A stretch of DNA of 64,000 nt, from NCBI GenBank assembly GCA_964016885.1, contig OZ024743.1:105462001-105526000 (forward strand), written 5' to 3'. The notes under the pieces were generated by a model, which saw only the letters and a program-made list of their open reading frames with translations, did no database searches and had not been told where the DNA came from. Positions 26,650 through 39,361 of this stretch are shown piece after piece. The stretch is from Eledone cirrhosa. Lineage: Eukaryota. Position 1 is the stretch's first letter, and each line of letters starts with the position of its first letter. A program made the translations under genes and the position numbers.

Positions 26650-27660
26650 AGCTCTCTGGATGGTGGTGTCTCATGTAACATTTCAAACCCACCAGTGATC
26701 CACAGACCAAGTCACATAGGTCGCAAGAGCAAGAATTTATGGAGAGTCTTGCAGGCATCAAGCCCCTTGGCTTCGTCTCTGTTTCTGTCAACACGCATTT
26801 TGTCAATGCGACTGGATTCAAAGCTCTTGATTCAAAGCTCTGGAATTCCTGACTTTTAGAGCTTTCTACGAATGAGACGAAAAGATACCTTACTTCGTAG
26901 GAGTGCATGATCAGAGAGATGCAGGTGCTTTGAAAGGAACGAGTAATGGTGAAGTTTTCGATGTGACCTTTTCTGATGAGAATAAAGTCAATCATATGAA
27001 AATCTTTCGATCTGGAGTGCATCCACGTTGTTTCCATTGCTTAGATTGTTGAAAGAACGTGTTTGTAATGCTGAAGTCAAATTCTCTGCATATAGATAGG
27101 AGTCTATGACCATTTGAGTTCATTTGAGTTCGACCGACTCCATTGCGACAAAGAACACCATCCCAAGCCTAATAGTCACTGCCAACTCGAGCATTAAAAT
27201 CACCTAATAGAACAAGCTTATCCTGATATTTAACACGATTGAAAGCATTACGAAGGCTATAATAAAAATCATCTTTATACTGCTCATCGTTCTTCAATAT
27301 AGGAGCATAGCAGCTCATCGACATGACACTTGAGCTATCGTGGAATTCAAGCGTTAGAGTCATAATTCTATCAGAAACACCCTTGGATAGGGAAGGCAAA
27401 TACTTTGCTATTTCGGTTTTGATCGCAAAACCAAGGCCAGACTGTCTGTGCCCTTCTTTGTTTTTCCCTGACAATAAAAAATGCCCCCCCCCCCCCCTTT
27501 ACAACTGTGCCGACCCAGCAAGACAAGTTTTACTGAGCTCACACATGTCAATATTGCGTTTTTGCGTTTTTGGACTGTGCGAACATTCCAAGAGCCGAGA
27601 TTGAGTTGCTTTCTGAATGTATTGGGACTGCATTCTGGATAACCAGACAGATGCAGTGAG
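26650..27660 (-). mobile_element. RTE-clade LINE remnant, RT internally deleted
   Basis: APE motifs SGLGFAI, CYAP, LLGDFNARVG, NSNG, TNTFF, TTWMHSRSK..MIDFI, joined directly to terminal CDLC..VCGSLVGL..MRHH. Confidence 0.85.
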
Positions 27661-27702
27661 CTGTCACGTTTATTATATTATATATTTACATTCATACACG
27701 GA

Positions 27703-27778
<76 letters not shown>

Positions 27779-28299
27779 AGATGTGTGTGTGTGTAAATAA
27801 GTCCGTTATCGCTCCAATAAATCTACGAACCCTCATCAGAACTGCAACTTCTATCCATGATTCTTACCAAACCAAACCGCACCAATCCACTAATTTCGGC
27901 AAATTAAACACTGACTACCCAATTTGCCAACTGCGGCATACTTAACCGGACCGCAACAGCCACCTAATGGGGGAAGACAGACGTTATCATGTTGCAGCGG
28001 TCATTTTATGTAGATTCTAGATAATAATGACAAGTTTATTATCTGCAGAGACTACAACTCCATTATGTAATAGGCCATACTCCACCTCCTCCCAAGCTCA
28101 ATCGACTATAAACCCTCAAACTATCCACTTAAATTACAGGATACCACGCAGCGGGAAGTCTAGTTCGTACAACACAACATAAAAAGAAAAAAAAATAATA
28201 ATAATATAGAAAATACCCAAGCCATTAAATGACTCCACGATGAAAATCCCAAATACGATAACAAAAGTTGACGGAAAAGGTATAGAACTCAATGTCATT

Positions 28300-28858
28300 A
28301 TTTTGGCAGTATCGGTAGAGGGTTGGACGCCATGCTTTCTAGCATAGTTACGTCCCTTTACAGTCTGAGTTCAAATCTCGCCGAGGTTAACTTTGCCTTT
28401 CATCCTTACGGGGTCGATAAAATAAAGTACCAGTAATGTACTGGTTAATTGCTGGCCTTGTGCCTAAAGTAGAAATAATTATTTTGGCAGTAGATTGGCA
28501 GTATCCGTAGAGGGTAGGACCCCATGCTTTCCAACATAGTTACGTCCCTTTACGATCTGAGTTCAAATCCCGCCGAGGTTGACTTTGCCTTTCATCCTTA
28601 CGGGGTCGATAAAATAAAGTACCAGTAATGTACTGGATAATTGCTGGCCTTGTGCCAAAAGTAGAAACAATTATTTACATACAAAAGAGTAGAGCGTCAA
28701 ACACCATGCTTTGCAGCATAGAGTTACAACCCTTTACGTTCTCGGTTCAAATCTCACCGAAGGTTAGCTTTCATCCTTACTGTGTTGATAAAATAAAGTC
28801 GATTTAATCCACTTTCACCCTCCCCAACATTTCTGGCCTCGTGCCTAAATAAGAAATG
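28300..28858 (+). mobile_element. three tandem SINE family A copies
   Basis: Units at ~28300-28482, ~28490-28675 and a diverged one at ~28690-28858, each with GTTCAAATC and CTTTCATCCTTAC core. Confidence 0.88.
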
Positions 28859-28968
28859 AAACAGTTCTAGTCCTGTAGAAGCCTTTCTATACTAAATATT
28901 TATACTCTGCTTTGTATTGAGTACCTTACTTACTGAGGTTACCCCCGATTGAACCCGGGATAAACTTA
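28858..28968 (+). mobile_element. 3' half of the HHR mini-element seen at 1533 and 5995
   Basis: GAAACAGTTCTAGTCCTGTAGAAGCC + tail, the reverse complement of 5995-6105; ends in (TA)n. Confidence 0.75.
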
Positions 28969-29624
28969 TATATATATTAATGTGTGTGTGTGTGTGTGTG
29001 TGTGTGTGACATCACAGTACCACGCATGTTACAGCAATATCATACCACACATTGTCCTTCTCAATGCTAACTTTGGTTAATCAGTGGCAGAGTATTTCAT
29101 CTAGGAATTAGTAGTTAGGCGACAAAATTGAACAAATTCATAGAGTAAACAGCAAACGTTTAATATGATCTGTAACTAACGATCATCAAATCATTCAATG
29201 ATGACATGAAATTCATTGATATATCCCACAATTAACTATGGACCTAGACAACAATAAATACTCTAACATTAAACAATCAATAATCAGGTGAGTCAGTAAA
29301 CATTCACACGCACACACAAACACACACACAAACACACATACACAAACTCTCATACACAGACATATACACACTCACAATCACATATATATATATAAAGAGA
29401 GAATGAGAAAGGGAGAGATAGGGAGATATACAAAGATACAGAGAGAAAGGGTGAGAGAGAGTAATGACTTCTATGGGATTAGAATTGGTTCTTCCGAATC
29501 AGTGTATCGGATGTATCCAATAAAATTGGCCAAGTTCAGGATTTATTGATTTCTTTAGAGTAAATAGCAAGAGGGGAAGGGCTACATGGAGAAGAGTTAC
29601 ACCGGTTCATCATCATCAGTAGGA

Positions 29625-29725
29625 TCTTCTTCTTCTTCTTCTTCTTCTTCTTCTTCTTCTTCTTCTTCTTCTTCTTCTTCTTCTTCTTCTTCTTCTTCTT
29701 CTTCTTCTTCTTCTTCTTCTTCTTC
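29625..29725. repeat. (TCT)n microsatellite
   Basis: Directly visible. Confidence 0.98.
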
Positions 29726-30136
29726 CATCCTCTCCCCCACAGTTCCCGTCACATTTTCTCTCATATTATCTACTTCACCTCAATTATCCAATTATATATT
29801 CCTCGTATTATTATCTCCTATACCGAACTGGACCAATCTTGTCCGATATTCTTCTTACAGTTCTGTATATGATAAATGTTTATTCTTCACTACCCTATTA
29901 AGTACCTTATTTAACTGTGGTTTCCTTCCCATCCTCTTCATCTTTAAATGTCTAAACATATATATATGTATTATTGTAAGATATACAAGCGCTACAATTT
30001 CGATGGTTGGATCGGATGGCCATAAAAAAGTCGAACATACAATTCTATAACAGTATCTACAAACTGAGTGTAGAGTACTAAGTTAAATAATGTTTTAACT
30101 ATCTTACCGAATATCTCATCCACACGCACGACCCCC

Positions 30137-30231
<95 letters not shown>

Positions 30232-30615
30232 CATTGAAAAGTAAGTCAACAGGTTAGAATTTACCTCATTTATTCGTTACTTCCTTCGATGGTAACTGTT
30301 ATGCAAGACGGAGTCATGAGTGGTACTTGAGTGACTAATTATCTTAAATCTGTGTCTACAGGTAAAGGATAATAACTATGTACGAAAACAAGGGGTGAGT
30401 CCTACGAAGATCCTAATGTGGCCCGGGAAATGATTAGAGATAAATAGAGATAACAGAGATGGAAACAGGAGAAGAGTGTTCACCAAGAAGCCAGCGTGAC
30501 AAGGTTACTAACCATATATCTTGAGGACAGTTCCCATCCTCATGTGTAGACAAGGTCCAAAGAAGTTTTCTATTAATTATTTCGGCCTCCCTCTGGCTAT
30601 CTCTTAGATCTCATC

Positions 30616-30672
<57 letters not shown>

Positions 30673-30689
30673 TGAAAATGTCTGACCCC

Positions 30690-31260
30690 CCTCCCCCCTC
30701 AGTCAGGGGATAAGTCTTGAAACTTACATCAAATATAACCTTCAAGATCAGCTCTGAAAGGGTCCTACTTATTCGTTTATGGATTGGTGCTGATTGTAAC
30801 ACCTGTCCTTGAAGCTTGTCGACGCAGATCCTATGTATCTATATGTCGAAATGCGGCTGGTGACCTTGCCCTGGTAAATTAGATTTTTCACCAGGCATAT
30901 ATTCGCAAGCGGACACGAGTCTGCGTTTCTGCATTTGCACAACCAGGTCGACACTAGTGTATCACCTGTGGCATGTCTAACGGGTAGGCCGGAGCAGCCG
31001 ATCAGAATATTGCAGAGGATCCCCAAAGAAGTCAGGGTTCACCAGGATGATCGCAGGCTCAGTGTTAATCTCGCCTGGAATTATTGTTGATGCCAGCTAT
31101 GTGCAGGACTAGGTTGGACGGGTGGATTATGATAGCTTCACCGTGTGCCGGTGCGCAAATGGTTGTATATTTGCCTCTTACGTCGAAGAAAACAACTTTT
31201 GACAAGGACCTAAATTTGGTCTGACCAACTTTTAAATATGCTTGCGAAGATTTCAGGTTT
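30690..31260 (-). pseudogene. Penelope-like element GIY-YIG endonuclease remnant
   Basis: ORF 30769..31026: CKCRNADSCPLANICLVKNLIYQGKV...YIGSASTSFKDRCYNQHQS (Cys linker, IY...YIG, FK.R..H). Confidence 0.88.
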
Positions 31261-31384
31261 GGCCTAAAGTTTTGTACAAAAAACCTTTATTTGCCAATGC
31301 GCTTTACCTCTGATGTCCGCAGGCTACATCGGTAGAATGGGAAGACATTGAAATTTAATAAAATTCGCCAACCGCATTCATCGG

Positions 31385-32160
31385 TCGAGTCCCACCGGCT
31401 CGGACTATGAAGCCTGCAGCATCCAAGTCATGCTATATAATCTCGTTGACAGCAGCATGGCGTGGAAGACTGTTGCGAGAAGACAGAGGGTGTAGGCCAA
31501 GAGAGTGGCATTTGTGGGGCTCGCAGATCCGGAGGCTACCATTATCCAGCTGCGCGCCAGACGAAAAGGAAGATATTGTATTGAGCCAGGCACCGTGGTG
31601 TGGTTGCGTGGCCGAGCGAAAACATGCAAGTTGGTGCTGGTCGAGCTGGTACGCTAGCCTGTCTGAGGCCATGTCGTACTGGATGGCATCCCATATGCTC
31701 TGGAAGGGATTTGACGTCTACAGGGGGAAGAGTAGGAGGCGATGTCTACTAGACGGAGTTCAAGCCGGTCTCAAGTCTCGCAAGCGGCATCGTGTTCCTC
31801 GATCACAGTGAGTTCAGTTGTGTTGTAGAGACCCCTGTTGATGAGAACATGGCAAGAAATTAGCGACGAAAGAAACGCCGGAAAAGCCAGGGAAACGGGG
31901 ACCGGAGACCAAGGCCACCGTTTCTAACAGGTAAGGTGGCCTGTTGCCATCAAAGGTTGTCAGGCCTGATGTTGTTTATCTCGTTAACTATCACTCGGAT
32001 ACAAGTGTCGAGATCAGAGATGCGTGGCTGGAGCTAGCAGCTCTACGAAGTATGTAGAGGAGCTTCGGCATGGCGGAGTAGTTCTTCAACAGGAAGAGAG
32101 CTGGATAGGCGTCAATCGTGCACAATCGCCCGTAAGGGTCGTGGGCTGGTGGAAAGGTGG
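31385..32160 (-). pseudogene. CRE-clade (RLE) non-LTR retrotransposon C-terminal remnant
   Basis: ALFLLKN..AMPKLLYILR, GAWLN...GAQLD, GLHPLS...RHAAVNEII...EPVGL motifs; truncated before the RPDG motif. Confidence 0.7.
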
Positions 32161-32641
32161 GTGCATCGGCGACACGAGAATGAGGACATTCTCTATACGT
32201 CATCGGATTAAGTTTTCCATTCACAACGTATATGTAACTAAAACACCAAAGCATATTCACTCAGATTCATAACCTTTAGATATAATGGACATCGCGGAAT
32301 AATAGCATGTGATAATGAATGATCTGAATTAAGAATTCTGTTACACATTACACCATTATACTAGTAATGTCAGTTATGAGAGTATATAATATATTCTAGC
32401 ATAATATATTCTAGCATAATATATTCTACCACATATTTCCTCTCCACCAATGAAAAGATACCTACTGGTGAAATGCGAACACGGCTCTATATTGACTGAT
32501 TACATATTGTGCGGCTGATAAAAAGTATAGGAATAACAAAAGTATGGGAATAACAATGCAGTGAATCAATTATTACAACCCAATACACGTCTGAATGTGG
32601 GTATTCATGTACGTATGTATGTGTATGTATATATGTATTAT

Positions 32642-33075
32642 GTCAGGTCACTCTTCAGCGCTACTAGTAACATGTAAACCAGTACGACCTGTGCATGGTC
32701 ATATTGTCGGCGACTAAGCCGGCAACATTACGAAGCTTGCTTGGTGATAAGGGTGATTTTGTACACCATGTCGGATGAAAAACAAACCCGCCAAAGCCTG
32801 GAGGAACTCAGGAAAGTCAACGGCCAACTAATATTTTGTTCTTTTTGTTGTCTTTATTAAGACATGGATTTAGAAGAATTTCACTCTGATATAAAACCTG
32901 CGACTTCGTTTGTATCTAATGATATAGACCACTTCATAGAGTGGGATTGGCTCCGAGTAAAGCCTTGCCTGACTTCAAGCACAGGCATCGCTTGCTATGT
33001 GACATTTTTTGATGTATAGTATTGCTGGCCATAGGCAAACCCCTGGCAGGACTGAAAATCAACGCCCATGATTCT
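32642..33075 (+). mobile_element. dispersed repeat family B copy
   Basis: Homologous to 25965-26450 and 4135-4278. Confidence 0.7.
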
Positions 33076-33176
33076 CAAGCTTAAGTATCTAGCGATGGCA
33101 TAATTCGAAATCAAGTATATATATATATACATACACACATATATACTAATTGTACTTACACATACAAGAAAACACA

Positions 33177-33272
<96 letters not shown>

Positions 33273-33743
33273 CGAATATTTGAACATGTATGCGAAAAAC
33301 ATACATACTAAAAATATGATTTCATATATAATTTCAATTGCTACCTTCCTTCATGTATTTTGATGTTTTCATAATCGTTTGTCGGTTGTTTCAAGTAGAT
33401 ATATATATATTTATATATTTTAAAAACCTTTAGCTTATGTTATTTGATATTTATTATAGATACCATTATATCTACTTATTGCTTCTGTCGGTGAAGTTGT
33501 TCAGCCTTTCGTTGCAAATCTTGTATTTTGTTGTTGCTTTTGTTGTTTCACTTATTTGTAGTTTGATTTTCTTGTTTTCATCTACACGACTATATTTCAA
33601 ATTTGGTGAAATAGACCTAAAAAACTGGCAGAGACTATGTTTCAAGTGATGATAATTTCTCTTTGAATTCTATTTCAAATTTTGAAATATGAAAACAAGG
33701 AAAAGTAGGATTCCTAAATACTAAAAGAAAACAATTATATACT

Positions 33744-33780
<37 letters not shown>

Positions 33781-33781
33781 T

Positions 33782-33839
<58 letters not shown>

Positions 33840-33952
33840 CACACACACATACACACACATACACACACATACACACCACACACACATATATATATATGTC
33901 ATATTTATGTATATATATATACATGTATATATATGTGTATATATATATATAC

Positions 33953-33993
<41 letters not shown>

Positions 33994-34091
33994 TGTGTAT
34001 TTTATATATATATGTATATGTACATATATATATAAATACACACACACACACATATATAATATATATATTATATATATATATATATATAATA

Positions 34092-34169
<78 letters not shown>

Positions 34170-34559
34170 GTGTGTGTGTGTCTGAATTGAAATTAAAATG
34201 TAAAGAAGCAGAACATACCACAAACAAAATACATGAGTATTTTGTTTGGAGTGTATAATTCAAATAAATACAAATAGCTGTTATATGCTCATAGCTTTTG
34301 CCTAAGAGTTAAATCCAAGTTAAACGTTTCTCAACACGGCACTGGAACCTATTTTATTGTCAATATGGGGGTAAGATTCTGAAATGTGGTAATGTATACA
34401 TTCATGCACCTGCAAAATTCTGGAGCACACTTGTTGTTTTCACGCAGGCAGTGCATCAAATGCTGTACTATTTACTCGTCAGATTACAGTTTCGTCCTTT
34501 AATGACAAAAAAAAAAACAAAAACTGTGTTTCTGAATACTATGAAATAAGGGTTTGTTC

Positions 34560-35130
34560 TGCGCGTGTAACCCGCAATACAAAGCTCAGTCAACACAATG
34601 GAAGCATTGAAACGAATTCTTGGCCCATATATACACATCCGATGCGAAGAAAAGTCAAGGCCAAGCTCTCTTATTTCTTCGACTAAGTTGTGTATCTTGA
34701 ATACACACTAGAAGGAGTAACCGTTACAGAGGAGTAATTTCATGAATTTCATGAATTCTTCCGACGTATTCGTCAAGCAGTTAGTCTCAAGAGAAGGATT
34801 CTGTGGACCGCTGAGAAATTACCGTTTGCGCCATGATGCCACTGAGAATCCTTTATCTGAACTGTAGCAAGGTTTCATGGCAAAGAAAGTTATTTGGCTA
34901 ATTCGCTAGAATCTCTACGCTCACGATTCGGTCTCTTTTGGCTTCATTGGATACGAAACCATTCCGGAAGACAATTTCCAGCCGTACTAGGAAAAGCTGA
35001 ACAACTACTGGGCTATGTGTGTGGAGGCACAAGTGGCTTACTTCGAAGGGGTTTAAAAATGTTACTCTACAAAGTAGGTAATATTTCCACCAGCCAACGG
35101 TCAGATACTCTTTTGATTGATCTTCTCATA
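34560..35130 (+). mobile_element. mariner transposase C-terminal remnant with right end
   Basis: Frameshifted motifs FFD..VYLEY.LEGVTV, LRRIRQAVSLKRRILW, HD, IPEDNFQ...WAMCVEAQVAYFEG*, then TIR-like GGTCAGATACTC...CTCA-TA. Confidence 0.75.
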
Positions 35131-35433
35131 GACATAATAGCATCCACATTTTGCAATTGTTCCGTGATCTAACATTTCAAAAATGAGTATCGGGGGAATA
35201 TATAAGCTAGTAAATAGAAGGATAATTGATATTACTGCTTAATAGAAATTTAAATATTTTCCTTTTGTTCTTTTTTTCCAATATTGACTATAACGTGATA
35301 ATTAACTTTGACTAAGATGTGATAATTGTTGAGAAATATCTAGAGAATGGTCATCATATGAAATTGCCAGTTAGTATTTAAGCTTACCAGTCTCAAGACA
35401 TAATAACTTTTTAGAATCAATAAAATTCATATA

Positions 35434-35503
<70 letters not shown>

Positions 35504-35631
35504 TTATATGTAAAAAACGCCGAATAATCAATTTTTATAAATACTATATATCAGCTCTCCATGAACCCCATTACAACCTTCTGGTAAAGTTTCAACTTAA
35601 TAATAAGAATATTCGTATTATTATTATTATT

Positions 35632-35681
<50 letters not shown>

Positions 35682-35929
35682 TTTCTTTATTAACCACAAG
35701 GGTTTACATAAAGTAGACATTAAGGACAGTGCAGGACAATACAGGACGGTACAAATGGGCATTTCTGCGTGTAAAAAACAAAAACAGAGGATGTAACACA
35801 AAATAACAATGAAAAATTCCCCAATAGGGGGGAGACTTCGGAGGGACATTTGTGGAGAAAGCCCAGTAAAAGGCCACAATGACCCTGACCACCAAGGCAA
35901 GTGCCCTCTCCCAGTTTTCCACCTTTAAT

Positions 35930-38900
35930 TTACAGATATATACTCAGAGTAGGCCCATTCACTCGGGCCATTCTTGCTTCTCTCACCCATCTTTCAACAA
36001 AATGCTGGGAAGAGAGCACTTCCCTCTCTACTCTGATTTTCCTTTTCAAATGAAATTTGAAAAAGTCAATCGGAGCATCACCGAAGAGGTAAGTGCTCGT
36101 CTTCAGCCTTTTCAAACGTTTCCACCATACTGTCTCTTTCGCCATGGCCACCAGACAGATAAAAACTGCCTGCCCTTCGCGGCTAAAGGAGGAGGGCGGG
36201 GCAATCCTCACGATGCACTCAGATGATAGCCGGATCCGTCCTAAACGCGACAGCAGGTGTTCGACATAAACCCACAAGTCAGCAATTTTCGGACACTGGA
36301 CGAGTGCGTGCAGGACGGTTTCGTTGCCCTGCGCGCATCTCGGACATGCCCGGCTGACGGCACCTCCATGCCAGTAGAGTTTATCCCGAACTGGCAAGGC
36401 TCCTCGGTAGCACTGCCAAGCTAGAGATTTCTGGAAGTTGTCCATAGGCCCTGGCCCGAAAGTTCTTCCGAAGAAATTGGCTAGTTGATTTTCGTCGACG
36501 CCTAGAGTTTCCCCAAGTACGTCGTCGCTCTTCCCCTCCACTAATCCTCTATAGAACGCCGAGGTGGAGTTTCCACCGATCACATTGCCCGATTGGTCGA
36601 GGGCTGTGAGCGCCTGAAGACATTCCAGTCTCCAGGCGCTTCCTCTCGGTCTTCGCTTGACCCAGGACTGCAGCTCCGTCAAGGAAACGAGCTGGGGAAA
36701 TACGTGTCTAGCAAACGGCGACCACACCTGATCACCGTCGAGGAAGAGGTGGAGATGCCGTAGCCTGAGTGCGTGTCTGCGCATCATCAGCCACGGCATG
36801 CCCAGCCCTCCACGTAGCGTGTGTTGACAACAGATGGACCGCCTGACCATCGGAGCGCGTCCCTTCCACAAAAAGCAAAATAGCAAACGCTCCAGCGCAG
36901 TCAGGCGAGGCTTAGGAGAAGGTACGACGGTCAGGCGGTAGCAGATGACAGACGCGATGTACGCGTTAGCCACCTCCGCTCGACCTTTCAGGGATAGCTT
37001 CCTCTCCGCCCATTTCTGGGTGAGAGAAGCCACCCTGCTCGTCACCTCGTCCCAGTTTGTGTCCGTCTGGAGGTACGGACCGAACCAGACCCCTAGCAAT
37101 TTAACCGGTTCGTCCGTCCAGCGTCCGACGACGCTGTTGGACGGCATGGATCTGCCTCTCCAGGTGCCGAGCTGCAGGCCCACTAACTTTTCCTGGTTGA
37201 TCATTGCTCCTGTCACCGCTTTGTATTCTCTTAGTGTAGTGCCGATCGCATTGATGTGTTTGGCGTTCGACACCACTACGGTCACATCGTCCTCATATGC
37301 TGACACGGTACTTCCGCATCCTAGTTCGCGCGGGACGCCCCTCAACGTCTCCAGTTTGTGCAGTAATGGCTCGAGAGTCAATACGTACAAGAGGGACGAG
37401 AGGGGACATCCTTGGCGGACCGATCGCATGATGTTGAACGGTTCCGACATGTGACCGTTCAATCTCACCACAGAGCAGATGTCGCTGTGCATGGCAGCGA
37501 TCCAGCCTCTGAAGACGGGCCCAAAGCCAGCCGCCCTCAGGACTGCCGCTAGGTAACGATGGTCGACCCTATCGAAAGCTTTCGACTGATCTAAATTGAT
37601 CAAGGACCCACCCGTGCCAGGTTCCCTAGCTACCCTCTCTACGATGTATCGCATGAGGATGGATCTGTCGGGAATGGCGCATGTCTGTGCCTCTCCTACC
37701 AGACCACCAACGACAAGCGCCAACCTATTTGCTAGCACCTTGGCCAAAATCTTGAACTCTGTGTTTAGCAGAGTTATGGGCCGGAAATTATCTATGTTAT
37801 CCCCCTTGTTCGAATCCTTTCTCAGCAGTGCCACCGCTCCTCGGCTCACAGAACTGGGAATTCTCCCGTTCTGTTGCCAGTTGCAGTAGACGTCCGCCAA
37901 GAGGCCTCCGAACAAGTCTGGCATCTGTACGTAAAGTTCATAGGGCAGACCATCCAAACCAGGCGATTTACCCATTGTGCAGCCAGTCATTGCCTCCCTT
38001 ACTTCAGCGGCTGTTATCGGCTTTTCGCAACACCTCGCCTCAGTGGCCGAGGGCCGCGGCAGTCCGTCGAGGTAGACACTAAAGTCCATCCCTCGACCCG
38101 GCCCACCGCTGCCCCCGAACATCTGAGCGAAGTGTCGCTGAAAAGCTTCACACATTTTCCCGGGATCGAGTAGCATGCGCCCGCCGTGGTCCACCAAAGA
38201 CCGGATCGTGGCTTTGTTGCCACGACGCGCCTCCGCCACTCGGGCCCATTGAACGGCTTTCGTCCCCTCGTGTCTGAGAGCACGCACCCTTCTCTGACAA
38301 CGCAGCCTTCGTGCTTTGCATTGAAGAATTGGTCAAGGGCCAATTTCGCCGTAAGCACGTCGGTCGCAATGCCTTTGCTAAGCGCCTCGTCTAATTGTCT
38401 AACTAGTTCTCCCTCTGCTCTATTTTTCTCTATTGCTAAAGCATTACTAAACCTAATGGATTCTATTCTAATCGCTCTTTTCAGAGCAAACCACCAATTG
38501 TTGTTGACGATGGCCCCCGTCAACACCCGCTTAACTAGTTCGCTAATACGGTCTCTGTAGGCCTTGCGCGCTGGTAAGGACGCGTTTAGCTTCCAGTAGC
38601 CGGGACCTCGTCTATGAAGCCTATCTAATTCAAGCACACAGATCACGAATTTGTGGTCCGTGTAGCTGACTATCTTGAATTGTGGACAGCCTATGCTAGA
38701 CCTATCTATTTCCCTACAAAATACTCTATCTAGATATGATCTGGATGACCCTATGCGATTTGTCCAAGTCCACATTGGCACATTCGGGAAATCCAATCGG
38801 TACCTGTCAGACAGTTCAAAAGCAGTTTGGTGAGGCTCTTGCACCCTCCACCCCTATCCGCTAATCCCACACAGTCCCAGCGTACATCTAAGATCCCGTT

Positions 38901-39326
38901 CCAGTCGCCCACTAACACTAAAGAGCGGGACGTTCCAAGAAAGGTCTCCAGACGCCGGAAGAAATCAGGCCGCCCTGCTCCTGTCGGGGCATAGACGGCC
39001 ATTAGCCTGAAAGCTTGCCCGTCTCCGCTGGTCACGTCCAGCACCACCAGCTTACCCTCTGGGTCCAGGAAGATGGCCCGTATGGCGAGATCCAAACCTC
39101 TCCGAAAAAGCACAGCAACTCCTCCCCCCGATCCAGGACGGCTGGGAGATGCGTACACATCGTAGCCGCCGAAGATCGGTGCGAAGGCCCGTGCTTCGGA
39201 GATTCTGGTCTCGCTGATGGCCTCTACATCTATGTTTAGTGACCTGAGGTCGTTGAGCAGGTGACCCTGCTTCCATGACGACCCCAAGCCACGCGCATTT
39301 AAGCTGCCTATTCTGAGTGAGGTCAT
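35930..39326 (-). pseudogene. ORF2 APE endonuclease-reverse transcriptase-zinc finger (two frameshifts)
   Basis: ORFs 38751..39326, 38014..38844, 35930..38287: SLNARGL, ISETR, VYAP, GDWN, YLDR, TDH; KSPGLDG, RPITLLN, DQSKAFD, RQGCPLS, YEDD; CPRC..ETVLHALVQC. Confidence 0.95.
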
Positions 39327-39361
39327 GTTTAAAATAGAGTGGAAAAGATAGGAAAGACCAC

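Noticed and set aside
33635-34263. ORFs of YI/CV/TH repeats, and poly-S/L/R ORFs at 29586 and 56962-57576
   Set aside because: Translations of microsatellites.
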